Below are positions 1 through 13,080 of a stretch of DNA of 64,000 bases, one piece after another. The notes below the pieces were generated by a model. That model was not told the DNA's origin. It did no database searches and was given only the letters and a program-made list of their open reading frames with translations. Each line of letters opens with the position of its first letter. Position 1 is the stretch's first letter. The translations under genes were made by a program, and so were the position numbers. The stretch lies in NCBI GenBank assembly GCA_965113315.1, contig OZ220376.1. One strand, 5' to 3'. Origin of the DNA: Podarcis vaucheri. Lineage: Eukaryota.

Positions 1-2619
1 GCCCTGTCATGCCACGAACTGTGAGGAGGACGTGCCCCTGGAGGGGGCCTGGCTGGCTAGCGGAACAAGTACAGGCTGTGAGCCTGATGCTGGTGACTAG
101 TCCCCAGTTCCTCATTTCCATGAAAGCTTGAAACACAGCTCAGTCTGTAAAGAAGTCATTTTCTTCTTGCTTTATTTTGTTTAACTTGCAATTTACCGGC
201 ACGGCCAGAAGCAATAATGCTTCTGAATACCAGTTTCTGGAAACCACAGGAGAAGGAAGATCTGGGGCAAAGCTTACTCTGTGCTGTAGCCAGCTAAGTC
301 CTGCGCAGAGTATACCTGTTGGAATCAATAGGACCAAGTTGTGTACATTAATTTCAATTAGCCTACTTTGAGTAGGACTAGCACTGGCTGCAGCCCTTTA
401 GTTCCTAAGTTTCTGACCAGACTGAGTTTCAGACTTCCATGCACATCAGGAGCTGGGAAATAGCCACCAACTTAAGCATCTCCCAGAAGCCCAGCCCTTG
501 GAACTGGAGCCAGGATGGAAAGGGCCATTGACTGGCTGAATTCTCACAGACCAGGCTGGGGAGCAGGAGAGAGCAGTCCCCCCCCCTTTATGCCAAGTGT
601 GCTCACACCAAGAAAAGTTACAGAGCATAGGCAGAAAAGGCTTTAGAGCATGACAGCCACCTTCTTCCACTGAAGAACAAACAGAATCCAACACTTTGTT
701 GTCACCTAACTTTTCAAAAGCTTAAATGGCTTTTTGGGGAGAGGAGAAGACTAGACAAATTTGTGGAATAGAAGGAGAGCTCTCTCAGGTCCTAAATGGA
801 GCCCCTATTTTCAGAGGCAGTCTACTTCTGAGTAGCAGGTGTGCAGGAGAAGCACCAGGGAAAGCCTTTGTGTTTATGACCTGCTTGAAAAAGTCCCCAA
901 AAGCTCTTGCCTGGCCATGCCACAGCTGGAAGCAAAACTGCTGGTGAACTATGGAGATGGGGGGGTCCTGCACCCATCTGGCTAGGTGACTCTTGGGGTC
1001 TTCTTTACTACTTGTGTATTTAATGAGTATGTAGGGAAGATAGCAGAGCATAACCAAAAGTCAAAGCTGGCACCACTTTTCTTGTGGGTGGTGGCGGTGG
1101 GAATAGATTTATTCAGAAACTAGTTATTTCAGACCCAACCCTCAAGCGGTTGGTTGTGGGAGGCTAGTGAATGGTTGGTGAGTCACTCCAGAATGTGACT
1201 TAGCAAAAACTCTGATGCAGCTGGATATAGGAAATGATAACAGGTTGCCTCCATGTTCTCTTACCTGCCTACTTCTATGCAAACGGATATCTTTAGCAAC
1301 TATCTACAATTTTCAGGTGCATTATGTCAGTGGTCCTAACCACCACCTTTTAAGGTAAATAAATATTATCCTCCCCAGAATGCTGATGGGGAGACTGATG
1401 TGCTTAAAACCTGGTGAGTTCATGACAGGGGTGAGATTTCACTAATTGTTTGCTTTATCAAGGGGCATGATGCCATTGAGAGATTCACAACCAAAAGGTT
1501 TCTGCAGCCAAGGAGCCTACATTCCAGAAAGATGCAGACTCCAAACCTTCAATAATATGCGCCAGCCCTGGCTAGCTATGGGTCCAGTTCTGTTCCCTAT
1601 GTGGGTGCTGAGTTAACTAAGCATGTTTAGCTCCCTGTAATTAATCCTACGACAGTGTCAGTGTTTTAAGCACCAGCACAAATTGTGGTTAGTGTCAAAC
1701 TTGGCAAGGCATGAGAGATCTATGATGGGAGCCCTTGGCATTTCCTTTGAAGAAAAATATTTGTGGTGGTGACAATGCTTGGATAAGAGCCACACTTTCA
1801 GAATAAAAAAAATGCTCACACCACACTGATTTTTTTAATTGATAAGAAATACATTGGAAACCAAAAAGAAACGACTCCTGTTATAAACCAAGCACTGCTA
1901 GAACACAAGTACTTTAAAATATGATCATGGGACATCCAGAAAGTATAAAACAATGCAGCTACACAAGTACATGCATCATTCCCAAAATATAATTATAAAC
2001 ATGCCTCTCACATATGTACCTTAAGTATGTGTACAAACTCAATGTGCATTTGCCAGGTAATCTCATTTATATCAGGTCCACTTTGAGACAAACTCTCCTC
2101 ATGAACACAATACTCTACTACACTGAAATGTTTCAAGGTTTCTTTGGTTTATTCCTGCCACACTTGCCACCCTCTCCTGTCACACCAGTGTGGCACACCA
2201 CCCCCTTTGAGAGCCACTGCCCTAACCCCTATGCTGTGCTCAGGATGAAGATGCATGAGTTACTAAGACACCTTATGGGTCAATTCTTGTGAGATGCTCC
2301 AAGGAAAGTTCTCTCTGCAGCAGAGAGATGGAGGGTTGGGTTAGAGAAAGGGTGTGGGGAGAGGGGAACGACAGTCCAATCCATTTGACCCCTCCTGGGC
2401 TTCCCTCCCCCCTTTGAGATCCAATCATAGCTCTCCTGCTATGTCACCTAGTTTAACCCTTTCTGTCTCTGTGAAGTTTTAGAATAGAATTGCTTTAATG
2501 TAATGATGGTTTTACTGTTTTACTCTCATTGTAAACTTCTCTGAATTGTTTTCTTTTTTTTTAACAATCAAGCAGTGTGTAAATTTTGTGAAATAAATAA
2601 ATAAAAATAAAATTTCCAC

Positions 2620-3420
2620 CATGAGCGCGGACTGCCTAGCAGCAAAGCCACACCAGGGCTAAAGCATTTTCAGGAGGAACAGAGATTGAGGGAGGGTCCC
2701 ACGCAGAAGGAGGCGGATGCGGGGATGCGGCAAGAGGAGCCGGGTGCTGTGCCCAGCGCTGCCTTTGCAGAGCCAGGGAGCCCGCTTGCTCGGGGTCAAT
2801 GGGAGAGAATGAAAAGGAAAAAGAAAAAAAAAAGCTCCCGGCCTTTAGCAGGCGAGGAGTTAACCCAGGCTGGGAGGCGGGTGGTCCTGCTGCAGGTCCG
2901 GCCTTCCGCAGAGGCGGCTCGGAGGGCTGGGCCAGGCTTGCTGCCAAGCCCATGGGAAAATCTGTCCCGTGGAGAGGATTTCTTCTTCTGACTCCTTGCT
3001 CTCGGACTAAGTCACACAAAAAGAGCGGCCTAGATCCTGGGCTAGACCCCCTCTTTCAGAGCAGGGGTGCAGAAGCTGGGGCGGGTCGCTTCGGGCGCTG
3101 TTGCCGCTGCACGGTTGGGTCTGAGGCCAGGATCGGGACCAGGAGACCCATTCTGAACCAGCAGGAACCGGGTTGAGGGACACAGGATGCTTGATCCCAG
3201 GCGGGGGGGGGCGGGGGGCATAAGAGCATAAGAGGCAGGAGCGGCTGCTGCCTCAAGCTCTGTGGCAGAGCAGGCCCCCCCCCAATCAATCCACCCAGGG
3301 ATAGGCGCCCCTGCAGGCGCTCCAGGCACCCTTAGAATAGAGGCAGAAGCAGCTTCGGGCAAGGGTGAATAAAGGTGTCATAAAAAAGGACAAAGGTCCC
3401 ACCCGAAAACAGGTAATCAG
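2620..3420. promoter_or_regulatory. Orphan GC/CpG-rich island
   Basis: Local CpG enrichment and GC box GGGGCGGGG at ~3207; no recognisable protein. Confidence 0.35.
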
Positions 3421-3759
3421 CCCAGCCGTGTTGGCTGGGAAAACACCAGCCAGACTTGGCACAGGTTTGCTTCCTGCAGCTCTCCATAAGCACTGGAGAG
3501 AGCGAAAGAGATGGGGTGCCCCCCCACCCCGTGTGCCAGTTCCAGTTGGCAGCCTTCCAAGCCCTCCTGTACTCCCAGCAAGGAGGGCTGGGCTTGAGGG
3601 GCAGGTGCTGGGAGTGGGCCTGATACCTAGGCTAGGCTTGGAAGTTGCACATCCTTTCTGGCAGTGCTGTCTCCAAGGTGGCGTAGTGTCACAGCCTTTC
3701 CTAGCCTGATGCCCTTCTGGTTATTTTAGACAGGCAGTGGCCAGGGACGATGGGAGTCT

Positions 3760-4603
3760 CATGACTGGAATGTAGTAAGTGAGGGGTATAACCTATAGGC
3801 CAAACAGGAAGGAGGGGGGTAGCATTATGTGGAAAGGTGGATCAGGGGTATGCTTTCAGTAAGGCTTTTGACAAAGTCTCCCATGATGTCCTTGCAGAGA
3901 AGCTGGCAATGTGTTATTGTTAGGTGGATTTGTAGCTGGTTGACTGACTGAACCCAAAGAGGGCTCACCAGCAGTTCTTTGTCATCCTACAAAATGACAA
4001 CTGGGGTGCTACAGGATTCTGTCCTGGGCCCAGAGTTGTTAAACATCTTTATGAATGACTTGGATGAAATAATTGAGGAGATGCTCCTCAAATTTGCAGA
4101 TGACACCAAACTGGGAGGAGTAGTTAATATCTCAGATGATAGAAACAGTACTGGCTCTATTCTGCCATGGGTCAGACCCCACCAGGAGTCCTGTGTCCAG
4201 GTCTGGGCACCACAGTTTAAGAGGGATATTGGCAAGCTGGAACATTATGCAGAGAAGGGTGAACAAGATGATAAAGGGTCTGGAAACCAAGTGCTATGAG
4301 GAATTATAGCCATCTTCAAATATCTGAAGGGTTGTCCCATGGAAGATTGAGCAGGTTTGTCTTCTGCTGCTGCAGGTTGTAGAACTCAAACCAATGGATT
4401 CAAATGACAAGAAAGGAGATTCTGACTAAACCTTAGGAAGAACTTTCTGACAGTAATTGCTGCTTGACCATGGAACACACTACCTCAGAAATGGTGGACT
4501 ATCCTCCACTGGAAGCCTTTAAATAGAGGTTGGATGGCCATGTGTCAGGGGTTCTTTAGCTGTAACTAGATGACCCTTGAGACACCATCCAATTCTATGA
4601 TTC
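3760..4603 (+). mobile_element. Internally deleted, degenerate CR1 LINE
   Basis: EN-like HDWNVVSEGYNL; RT FSKAFDKVSH and SVLGPELLNIFMNDLD...KFADDTKLGG; 3' ATTCTATGATTC tail. Confidence 0.9.
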
Positions 4604-4789
4604 CCAACATTTGAAGGCATTCGAGGGCACCAGGTTGGGGAAGGCTGACTGAGGACAAATCCAGACAGTGGCCAGATTCCCCATGCAGCACCTTTATTTG
4701 CTTGCTTGTTTAGATTTCTGTCCTAGTTCAACTTTAAAAAGTGACGCACATTGGGGCAAAACATCCTAATTTCACATAGATGTTTTGGG

Positions 4790-5050
4790 GGGTGACTGAC
4801 CAGAGGATCTTGGGGTCGTGGTGAAAGCTCAAAATGTCAACTTAGTGTGTGGCAGCTGTGGAGGGGAAAGCAGCAAAATACATAGGGGTCATTAAGACAG
4901 GGGCTGAAAATAAAACTGCTGGCGTCATAATGATGTTATACAAATTTATGCTACAAACACACTTGGAATACAGTTCTTGTTACTGCACTTTAAAAGAGAT
5001 ATTGTAGAGCTGGGAAAGGTTCAGAAAAGAGCAGCTAAAATGATGGTAGA
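4790..5050 (+). mobile_element. CR1 LINE ORF2 fragment
   Basis: GAGGATCTTGGGGTC...AAAGAGATATTGTAGAGCTGGGAAAGGTTCAGAAAAGAGCAGCTAAAATGAT (KDI..LE.VQKRA.KM-like). Confidence 0.75.
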
Positions 5051-5717
5051 TGTTGGACTTGGCCCCATGCTCATGGCCCTCCTCTTCCCGAAACCCCCAG
5101 CCCAGGCCACTCTAGGGCTCTCCTGCAAGGAGTGAGTGCTGCCTTCGCTTTCCTTGTTCAAGCAAAGCAGCTCCTTTCCTGGCAGCCCTGACTCAACATT
5201 CATCTGGGGCAAGCAGGAGGAAGGGAAAAACCCTCTTGAACCTCTTTTTCAGGACCTCCCCACTTTGCCAGGTCTGCTTCCCTATCTGTGCTTAGACCTT
5301 GCAGGGACACAGGATGCCTCCATTCTTCACACAAGGACCACAGCTCAGTGCCCACCCAGGTGCCTCTTCCAGGATTTCCCCCCTCTGCCTCTGGCTCCAT
5401 AGGGATCCAAGCCAGTCTGTCGGCTGACCGCTCTAGTGTTTCTCCCCCTTCCCTTCCCCCAGAGCTCCTTTTATAGAAGGATATGAGGCACTTGAGAATA
5501 TAGAACCTAAGAATAGCCCTGCTGGGTCAAGCTGTGGCCCATCTAGTCCAACATCCTGTCCTCTCAGTGGCCAACCAGATGTCCCGATGGGAAACCTGAA
5601 AGCAGGACATGCATGCATTCCCTTGCAGCTGCATATAACTCCAGCTGTTTGCTGTCAGGGATTTGCTCCCTGTAGAATGAGGCTCTGACTCTGCATCCAA
5701 GTAGGTGGGAAACATAG

Positions 5718-5835
5718 TGGGATATTCAACTGAGTTTTAGTCAGAGCAGACCCACTTCAGTGAATAATGCTAGGTTAGGTCCATTAATTTCAGCTCTAGC
5801 AGGTCTACCTGGAGAAAAACATAGTTGAATACCAC
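5718..5835. repeat. Palindromic MITE
   Basis: GTGGGATATTCAACT...AGTTGAATACCAC; related copy at ~283-397. Confidence 0.55.
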
Positions 5836-5898
5836 CCATAAGGGTGTAGCAGGGTGGTCCTTAGCAGCCCTTCCCTACAGGGATACAGCAAGTCCCCT

Positions 5899-6030
5899 AT
5901 AGAATCATTGAGCTGGAAGGGACCCTGAGGATCATGTGGTCCAGCCCCCTGCAATACAGCTGCCCCATACGGGGATTGAACCAGCAACCTTGCCATTATC
6001 AGCACCACGCTCTAACCTGCTGAGCTATCC
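5899..6030 (-). mobile_element. tRNA-Ile-like-headed SINE with CR1-type 3' tail
   Basis: GGATAGCTCAGCAGGTTAGAGCGTGGTGCTGATAATGGCAAGGTTGCTGGTTCAATCCCCGTA (A/B boxes) + GGTCCCTTCCAGCTC..ATGATTCTAT tail. Confidence 0.8.
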
Positions 6031-6084
6031 ATGAGGAAAGGCGCTGAGTGGTGTGGGGGAAAGTGAGCAGGGAGTTCTGAAAGC

Positions 6085-6457
6085 TGGAATCATGAAGCTG
6101 ATTCAGGACGGACAAAAAGGAAGGACTTCTTCACACAACATAGCGATGCTATGGAATTTCCTGTCAGAAAATGTAGTGATGGTCATCAACCAGGAAGGCT
6201 TTAAAATGAGATCAGAGGAATTCATGGAGGACAAAGCAATGCAGTGGCTACTAATCACGGTGGCTAGAAGCAGGAAGCCTCTGCATACCAGTTGCTGGGA
6301 ATTGCGTGTGAGGAGAGCTGCTCCTGTTGCACTCAGGTCCTGCTTGTGGGCTTCTTCTATTTGAGGCATCTGGTTGGCCATTGAGAAAACAGGATGCCGG
6401 ATTAGACTGGCCCCCTTTGACTTGACCCAGAAGCCAGCTCTTCTTATGCTCTTATGC
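6085..6457 (+). mobile_element. CR1-type LINE 3' end with (TTCTTATG)-like tail
   Basis: RTDK..FFTQ..WN.L..VV-like ORF2 end, then a 3'UTR GGCATCTGGTTGGCCA...CTTCTTATGCTCTTATG. Related tail copies at ~5500-5610, 6500-6780, 11395-11480, 18650-18840, 20660-20745, 25180-25300, 51895-52040 and 53830-53955. Confidence 0.75.
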
Positions 6458-9400
6458 ATCATAAAAACAAAATAATAATAGGTTCCTTAATGGTCTTAGA
6501 AGAGCCTGCTAAAACAGGCTAATAGCCCTGCGTCTAGCCCTGCATCCTGTTCTCACAGATGCCTGTGGGAAACCAACAAGCAGGAACTGAGCAGAAGTGC
6601 ACAAGCACATCCTGCAGCAACTGGGATTCAGAGAAGCATTGCTCCCTCCAACAGTGGAGGCAGAGCATAGCCATCATGGCTAGTAGCCACAGATAGCTCT
6701 CTCCTCTGTGAATTGGTCTAATGGTCTTCTAAAGCCATCCAAGTTGGTGGCCATCTCTGCCTCCTGTCGGAGCAAGTTCCACAGTCAGCAGCCTTTGCCC
6801 CACACTTAACACTTGCCAAGCCTGCAAGATAAGATGTTCATCAGGAGAGTATATATGTTCGTGATGCAGTTGATTATTGCTGCTGAATTGTTTTATGGGC
6901 TTCCTCAGGGTCACTGGCAAATCGGGAACCCACGAGGACAGACGGCTCAGGGGAAACAGCAGTTGAACTATGACGAGATGGTTGCTCATACCTGCTTGCA
7001 GCACTGATGAACCTGCGCCCTGCAAGGTGCCAAGAGAACAGTTGGCTATCCTGTTTAAGAAAAAGCAGCTCTTCCCCACTCTGGGACGTGTCCAGGGGGT
7101 TTGACTGCCTGTAAAAGGGCTTATCCTCTGCTTTGAACATTGCTCAATTGTCACCCTGGCTGATTCAGATCAGGAAGTGCTCAAAGTTTTTTTCCAGTCA
7201 TCCATCAATGCCCTGTTATAACAGCCTAACGAAATAAAATAATACAACGGGGAAACAATAGTTGGCAGCAAAAGGAGGGCACTTATGCCACCCCGACCTC
7301 AGTAAACAGCCAAAGGCGTCACAAGTCTGAGTGGCCCAAGCAGCTGCTGAGAATGGCCATAGCTACTGAGCTTGCATGCAGGAGGTCCCTGGTTCACTTC
7401 CCTTTAGCATCTCCATGTAGTAGGGAAAGGAAAGGACAATACTCAGCTGGATGAGCCATTGGTCTGGCTTGGTATAAGACAGCTTCCTCTGTTCCTCTGC
7501 TGACCATCAATTCTTACACATCACACCTAAGCAACTCAGAAGCTTCTGCATCCTGCAAGCTGCTCCAATGCATTCATGTTTACATTTTAAAATGTGCTCT
7601 AAGTTGCTCATAGGGCTTTGGGTAACAGGCAACTAATGAGTCAAACAAATTAATAAATAATCCCAAATACTAACTGGCCAAAATAGGAAGCACAACAGCT
7701 TCACATTTTCCAGTCCTGACAACCCTTCACATCCCATTTATCCACTCTGATTTACTTGAAGAATGAGCAAAATGAACCAACCTGCAGCTTCCTGAGGCAG
7801 AAGGGAGAGGTCTGTGTGAGATGACCAAGAAAAGGATCCTAACGTTCATTAGGTGGAAGAAGTCATGGCTTGTAAAGTGAAACCGACTTCCAAAGAGTAT
7901 CAAATTGGGTAACCTCCTGTGGGTGGAACGTCCCGCTATCGGACTTGCTGAGCTGGTTCTAGGAGTGCCACTGTGGTTTTGAGGAAAGGGAAGCTGATGG
8001 GTCTACGATGTGCCAAAACAAGATAACCACTGCCTCCACCCATCCATCCACCCACCCAGAGAGGCAGATGGGAAGGGAGCCCTATGCCCAGCAAGGGTTC
8101 CACCATTACCAGGGGCAGCAGAGAAGAATTAGGCAAGCATGGTGGTCACAGCCTGGAATAAGGGAGCCTTCTCTCTTCTCAGTCACAGGGTGGATGGGAG
8201 CAGCAAAAACAGCAAAGTATTGTGCCTCCTTAAAGACCAACAGATTTCTTACGGCACAAGCTTCAGTCTTCTGCAGTCCATGGAAGCTTATGCTAGAAGA
8301 AATGCTGGTCTTCAAGCGGAAAACAATATTGTTTTGTTACTATTTAGGAATATGACCCTCTTGTAGGATTGGGTGTTGGTCTGGATATTATTTTTGGGTC
8401 CCCTCCAAGCCTGTGGCTTGATATCTGTCAGATGGGATTCTGTAGAAGGAAGTTCTGAAGTGGTCAGACTAGTCTCTTTGTTAAAAAGCTGACAGCACTA
8501 GCCAAGTCTCTTAAGCATCTTTTTTACATGACAGAAGAGCTGGCCAAGTACAGGTGCTTTGTTGCCAGAAACACCCACCTAGCAGGGCTTCCACAAGGAG
8601 GGTGCAGACTCTCCCTCACTCGCTAGGACCACAGAGAGCAGGTTCAGGCCATAGTAAAAAAACCAAAAACGTTTGGACCCCCACAGCAAGGGCAGATTGG
8701 CTAAAAATCTTTACATGGGATATACAATAAATGTGTTCTCATTTTTATGTTAATAATAGATATAATAATATTCATACTTGCTAAGAATATTAAGATCCTA
8801 ATGATGCCAATAAAGTAAGCAGTCAAGACAATCATTGCTGAACCAGCAATGCACTTTAAATGTTTAACTTTTATGTGCAGCCCACCACAATGTGTATCAC
8901 ACAACAGCTTTGTTGTATTTGCACAGTGTTCACTAAGGAAAACATACTAACGATACTAGGCATAATACAATGAGACTGCAGTCATACTGTCAAAGCACAG
9001 CAATGAATGTTCATATAGAATCAGAAGTGCTTAGTTCACGACGTAAGTTTGCAAGCCATTATACAGAATTGTGCATGCATCAATCATGAAATATATGCTT
9101 CGTTAAGAATTCCATAAAACCAGTGCTATTTTTCTAGAAAAAGAGATGCTGGAGCTCATCACGAACTTTTCCTTTGTTAGAATGGCAATTGCGCCCACCT
9201 GAGAGGTGTTGGAGCTGAGCTCCAGCTTAAAAAAAAAAATCCCAGCATCAAACATAGGCAAGGTAGTTGGACCCTGGATCCCCTTTCCAGATCTCCAGCC
9301 CTGGTAATTTGTACCAGTTCCCACCCCACCACCACCACGCTTGTCACCTCTGCCATCACCTGGCTGGAGGACACTTCAGCCTAAGCATAGGGGAGCAACT

Positions 9401-12134
9401 GGTCAGAGGCCAGTCTTGGCTTGAACTGGGAAGGCACAGTGGCTTGACTGACTCTCTCTCTGCTGAAACCGAAGTGAGGACTTTGAGATCATCCTGGTAA
9501 CCTAGCAGGGGAGCAAAACCTGTTGGGGGCAGGGAATGCTGTGAGCCCTGCCATCTAATGCTCAGGATAGACATATGTGTAAATAAACCTGTATCTCACC
9601 AAGGCACTTCCTTCTCCGGTGACCTTTGTTCCTAGGAAACCTAATCCAAGGTGGGTGCTGGCAACCCTAAAGCCTCCCACCACTTGAAAAGATTTAGGAC
9701 GCTCACTTTGTTTTGTGTTTACTTTTCTCATAGATCAAGAGATGGGGTGTCAATGCTGTGTCACATGCTATATAATTGTTTTTCCCCCTGTAGTAGGTGA
9801 TGTGCCACCTCCTTGACTTTGCAAGCAAAGTTGGGGGAATCTTTCAGGGTGGGACAAAGCCTGGTGAGAAAGTGGGAGGGTGGTCCTGCTGGACAGCCCA
9901 TGGGCATGGTGTTCCTGTCCCTTGTTTCAAAGAGCTCACAAGCATCCTCCTTTACCTCTTTAGGACTTAAAAGACCAAGGGACAGAGCATCGTCCCCATA
10001 CTTTTCTTGAGCTTCAAAAACAGCCTCTCTGCAGCCTCAGGGGAGTGAAGTCCAGAGGCCTGGGCAGAAGCTTGCCCTAGAGACCTGCCAACAGTTAACT
10101 CTTCTGAGGCTAGATGACTCTTTCCCTTCCCCCTGGACACTCCACCCCAGCTGGCCACACACGAGTCCCCTTCCAGCTTCGGGTTTTCCCAGAAAGTTTC
10201 CCATATTTTATGCTTGTGGAAGTTTGTGCACAGCTGTTCTGCGCTGAAGGAAATTGCCTCACCCAAGTGACACAACAGATCACTTTCAAGAGGCCTCATC
10301 TGGGCTACCCTCTTCCTGCTGAGAACCATGGCCAAGGCACAGGGAAGGCAATGAGTCAGCCAAGCCAGGCAGTGTTTGAGGCTACAGCCAAGAAGCAAGG
10401 AGCAGGCGTGTGGGAACTAGTCCTCAGTGGCAACCAACCCTTATTTAATCCGCCTTGAGTTTGCACTGACACAGCATTCTGCTTGTCAGCTGCAGCAAAA
10501 ACAAGTCTCTTGCAGCACCTTATAAACAAGTGACAATAAAATAGCTTGTCTTGGAAGTGCCAAAAGGCTTTGCTTTTGCGATTGTGGCATTATGAGGGGA
10601 GGGCTGCCAAACCAATACACAGGCTTAATTGCCGCATACAGGGCTGCCACTTGGAAGAGGCTAGCTGGTACAGAGTACCACAGGCAGATTACTTATTGCC
10701 ACTGGCTGCTTGGAAATACATTGCACTGGCTTCAAAACAAATCCAAATTGGCTTCAGCTGTTTCCAGGCACAATTCCAGGTGCTGATTTTTGACCCCTAA
10801 AGCTCTGCATCGCTTGGGATGGATCTGAGCTCCCAGGAGAACCTGCCTGTTTGTTTAGAGTTCAGTCAGAGGCCTTGCCACAGGTGACCTTGGCTGCAGG
10901 TGTCGGATGAATGCATGACAACCAAAGACACCCCCCTAAGGCATTAAGCCCTCCCCCAACACACATCCCAGTAACACTTGCCCTGACATTCATATGATCA
11001 GCTTCCAGCCACCAGGCAGAGGTTTATTCTCCTAAGCTTTTAAGTGGAGCAGTCCATTTGGGGGGAGGGGGGAGCCTTTTTTGACGTTGCAATGGTTGAA
11101 GGGGTCAGAAAGCCTTTGCCAATCAAACACAAATCTCCCCAGAGAACTACAAGGAGATCCTCTCCTCTCCCTCCTGACTGCCCATGTCCTGAAGACATGC
11201 AGGCAGAAGCTCTGGCATAAGTTCTTCACTCCAACCACCCTTTAGAGAGAGATGCCCAGGGCAAAATTTGCTGCACTTCCAAAGGCTTCCTTTGCTTTGA
11301 AAGCTTATCCTAAAGGCGCCACCTTCTGGCAAAAGGTCAGTAAAGCAAAGGAAGAAAAAAGGGGGTTGTTCTCAAAGCCTGTCCAGTCAAGGAGCCTAAG
11401 AAGAACCTGCTTGTTTGGGCCAAAAGGGGCACATCTAGTGCAACGACCTCTCCCCATAGTGGCCAACCAGATACCCCAAAGAGAAGAAGCCCAAAAGCTG
11501 GTCCTGAGTGCAAGAGCAGCGTTTTCTCCATTTACGATTCCCAGCAGCAGACATTCAGGAGCATACATCCTGTTCCTTACAGAGGGGAAATAGGCATTGT
11601 GGCCAGGAAGGGCAAAATTAAGGGATGGGGGGGGGGCAGCTAATGAATGCTGACTTTTTAGCCCCCAGCCTAGCCTATGTTGCCATAAGGATTCAACCTT
11701 TCCACAACAATACACCATTAGGGGTCTACAGTGGCTTGGCTCATTGATGCAACAGTCTAGGAAATCTCCCCCACAACCACCTGGTGGTCTTTCTGGGCCC
11801 AGAGGAGATATATTTAGATCAGGATGGAGGGTGGTCGCAGTTGCCCAAGAAACAGCCAATGAAACAAACTTTCCCCAGACTCCCCCCACAGAAAGAGGCA
11901 GGCAGACTGGGGGGAAATGGAAATATTTTATTACAGAATGTATACAGAGCATTGAGCAGAGCTGAGGTTCTCTTACCAGGCCTTTCCCAGCTCCTGCCTA
12001 CTTAGCGCAGGCCCAGAGGCCAAATGGCAACTGTTTAGGACTTCCTCCACCAAGCTGCTGCTGCCCCCAAAGACAGCAGCTGAAGATTGCATCCTGTAGC
12101 CATCTTTTGGAAACATCCAGAAGGAATTGGTGAA

Positions 12135-12333
12135 GGGGCCGTAGCTCAGTGGTAGAACATCTGCTTTGAAATGCAGAAGGTCCCAGGTTCAATCCCTGGC
12201 AGCATCTCCAGGTAGGGCTGGGAATGCCCCTGCCTGAAACCCTGGAGAGCAGCTGCCAGTCAGTGTCACCAAAACTGAGCTAGATGGACCCAAGGGCTTG
12301 ACTCAATGTAAGGCAGTTTCCTGCGTTCCTATG
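12135..12333 (+). mobile_element. tRNA-derived SINE with CR1-like tail (abundant squamate family)
   Basis: GGGGCCGTAGCTCAGTGGTAGA (A box)...GGTTCAATCCC (B box)...CCTGGAGAGCAGCTGCCAGTC...CTAGATGGACC...GTTCCTATG. Other copies at ~7355-7498, 14320-14490, 31920-32093, 45095-45210, 47785-47950 and 57385-57530. Confidence 0.85.
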
Positions 12334-12599
12334 TACTTAAGGAAAGGCCTCCACCCACCTTTCATCTTGTACATACAGAGATATGACCAAACTCTACCAC
12401 CACAATCACGTGTAAATCTCTAGTGTGAAATGGGTAAGTTATTATGCTCTATGGACTGTTTTCAGTATTGATGAAACAACCATCAAGTTGTATTTTGTTA
12501 AATGTGTTTATTGGTTTCACACACAAAAAAAAGTTATTTACGAAATGGGTCAGCCTCCATCAATAAGGGTTATGTTCCATCTCTTGGTACAATATATGA

Positions 12600-13080
12600 C
12601 AAATCTATTCAGCTGGTCCAGAAGGATCAGACTGAAGAGTGGGCGATTATTTATGTATGCAATGACAGCAGCGCGGATACTATTGGCTCAGAGACGGAAA
12701 GAAGATGAAGTCCCGACCAGAGATGAATGGTTGATAAAGATGATGGACTACACCGAAATGGCGAAAATGACTGGGAAAATCAGGAAGATAGAAACGTTAA
12801 TAAGGAATGGGGGGAAATTACAACACTGTAAACAACTAAAAACTTTGGCAGAATTTGTGTAATGTGTGTAATGTATAAAAAACTAAGGTAAAAAATGGAC
12901 TATTTTAAGAAAAATAGAGAAAAAATAGGATGCAGCAGGAAAAGTTTGATAATGGAAACCATGGAGGAGTGGAGGGAAGTCTAAGGGTTCAAGGAATCCT
13001 AAATGTTGATGGTTATGATTAATCTTTGAATTCAAATGTACAGTGTAAAAGTGAATAAAAAAGTTTTTTTTAAAAAAGAA
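12600..13080 (+). mobile_element. 5'-truncated L1-clade LINE (ORF2 C-terminus + 3'UTR + A-rich tail)
   Basis: LFMYAMTAARILLAQRRKEDEVPTRDEWLIKMMDYTEMAKMTGKIR; AATAAA and A-rich end. Confidence 0.7.

Noticed and set aside
2-100. Open frame PCHATNCEEDVPLEGAWLASGTSTGCEPDAGD* at the window edge, possibly the end of an upstream gene
   Set aside because: Only 32 codons, truncated by the window, no recognisable homology.
9330-9700. Possible solo LTR (also 52495-53290)
   Set aside because: Could not define TG...CA ends with matching TSDs.
12135-12207. tRNA-like sequence
   Set aside because: Head of a multicopy SINE that continues into SINE body and tail; not a tRNA gene.
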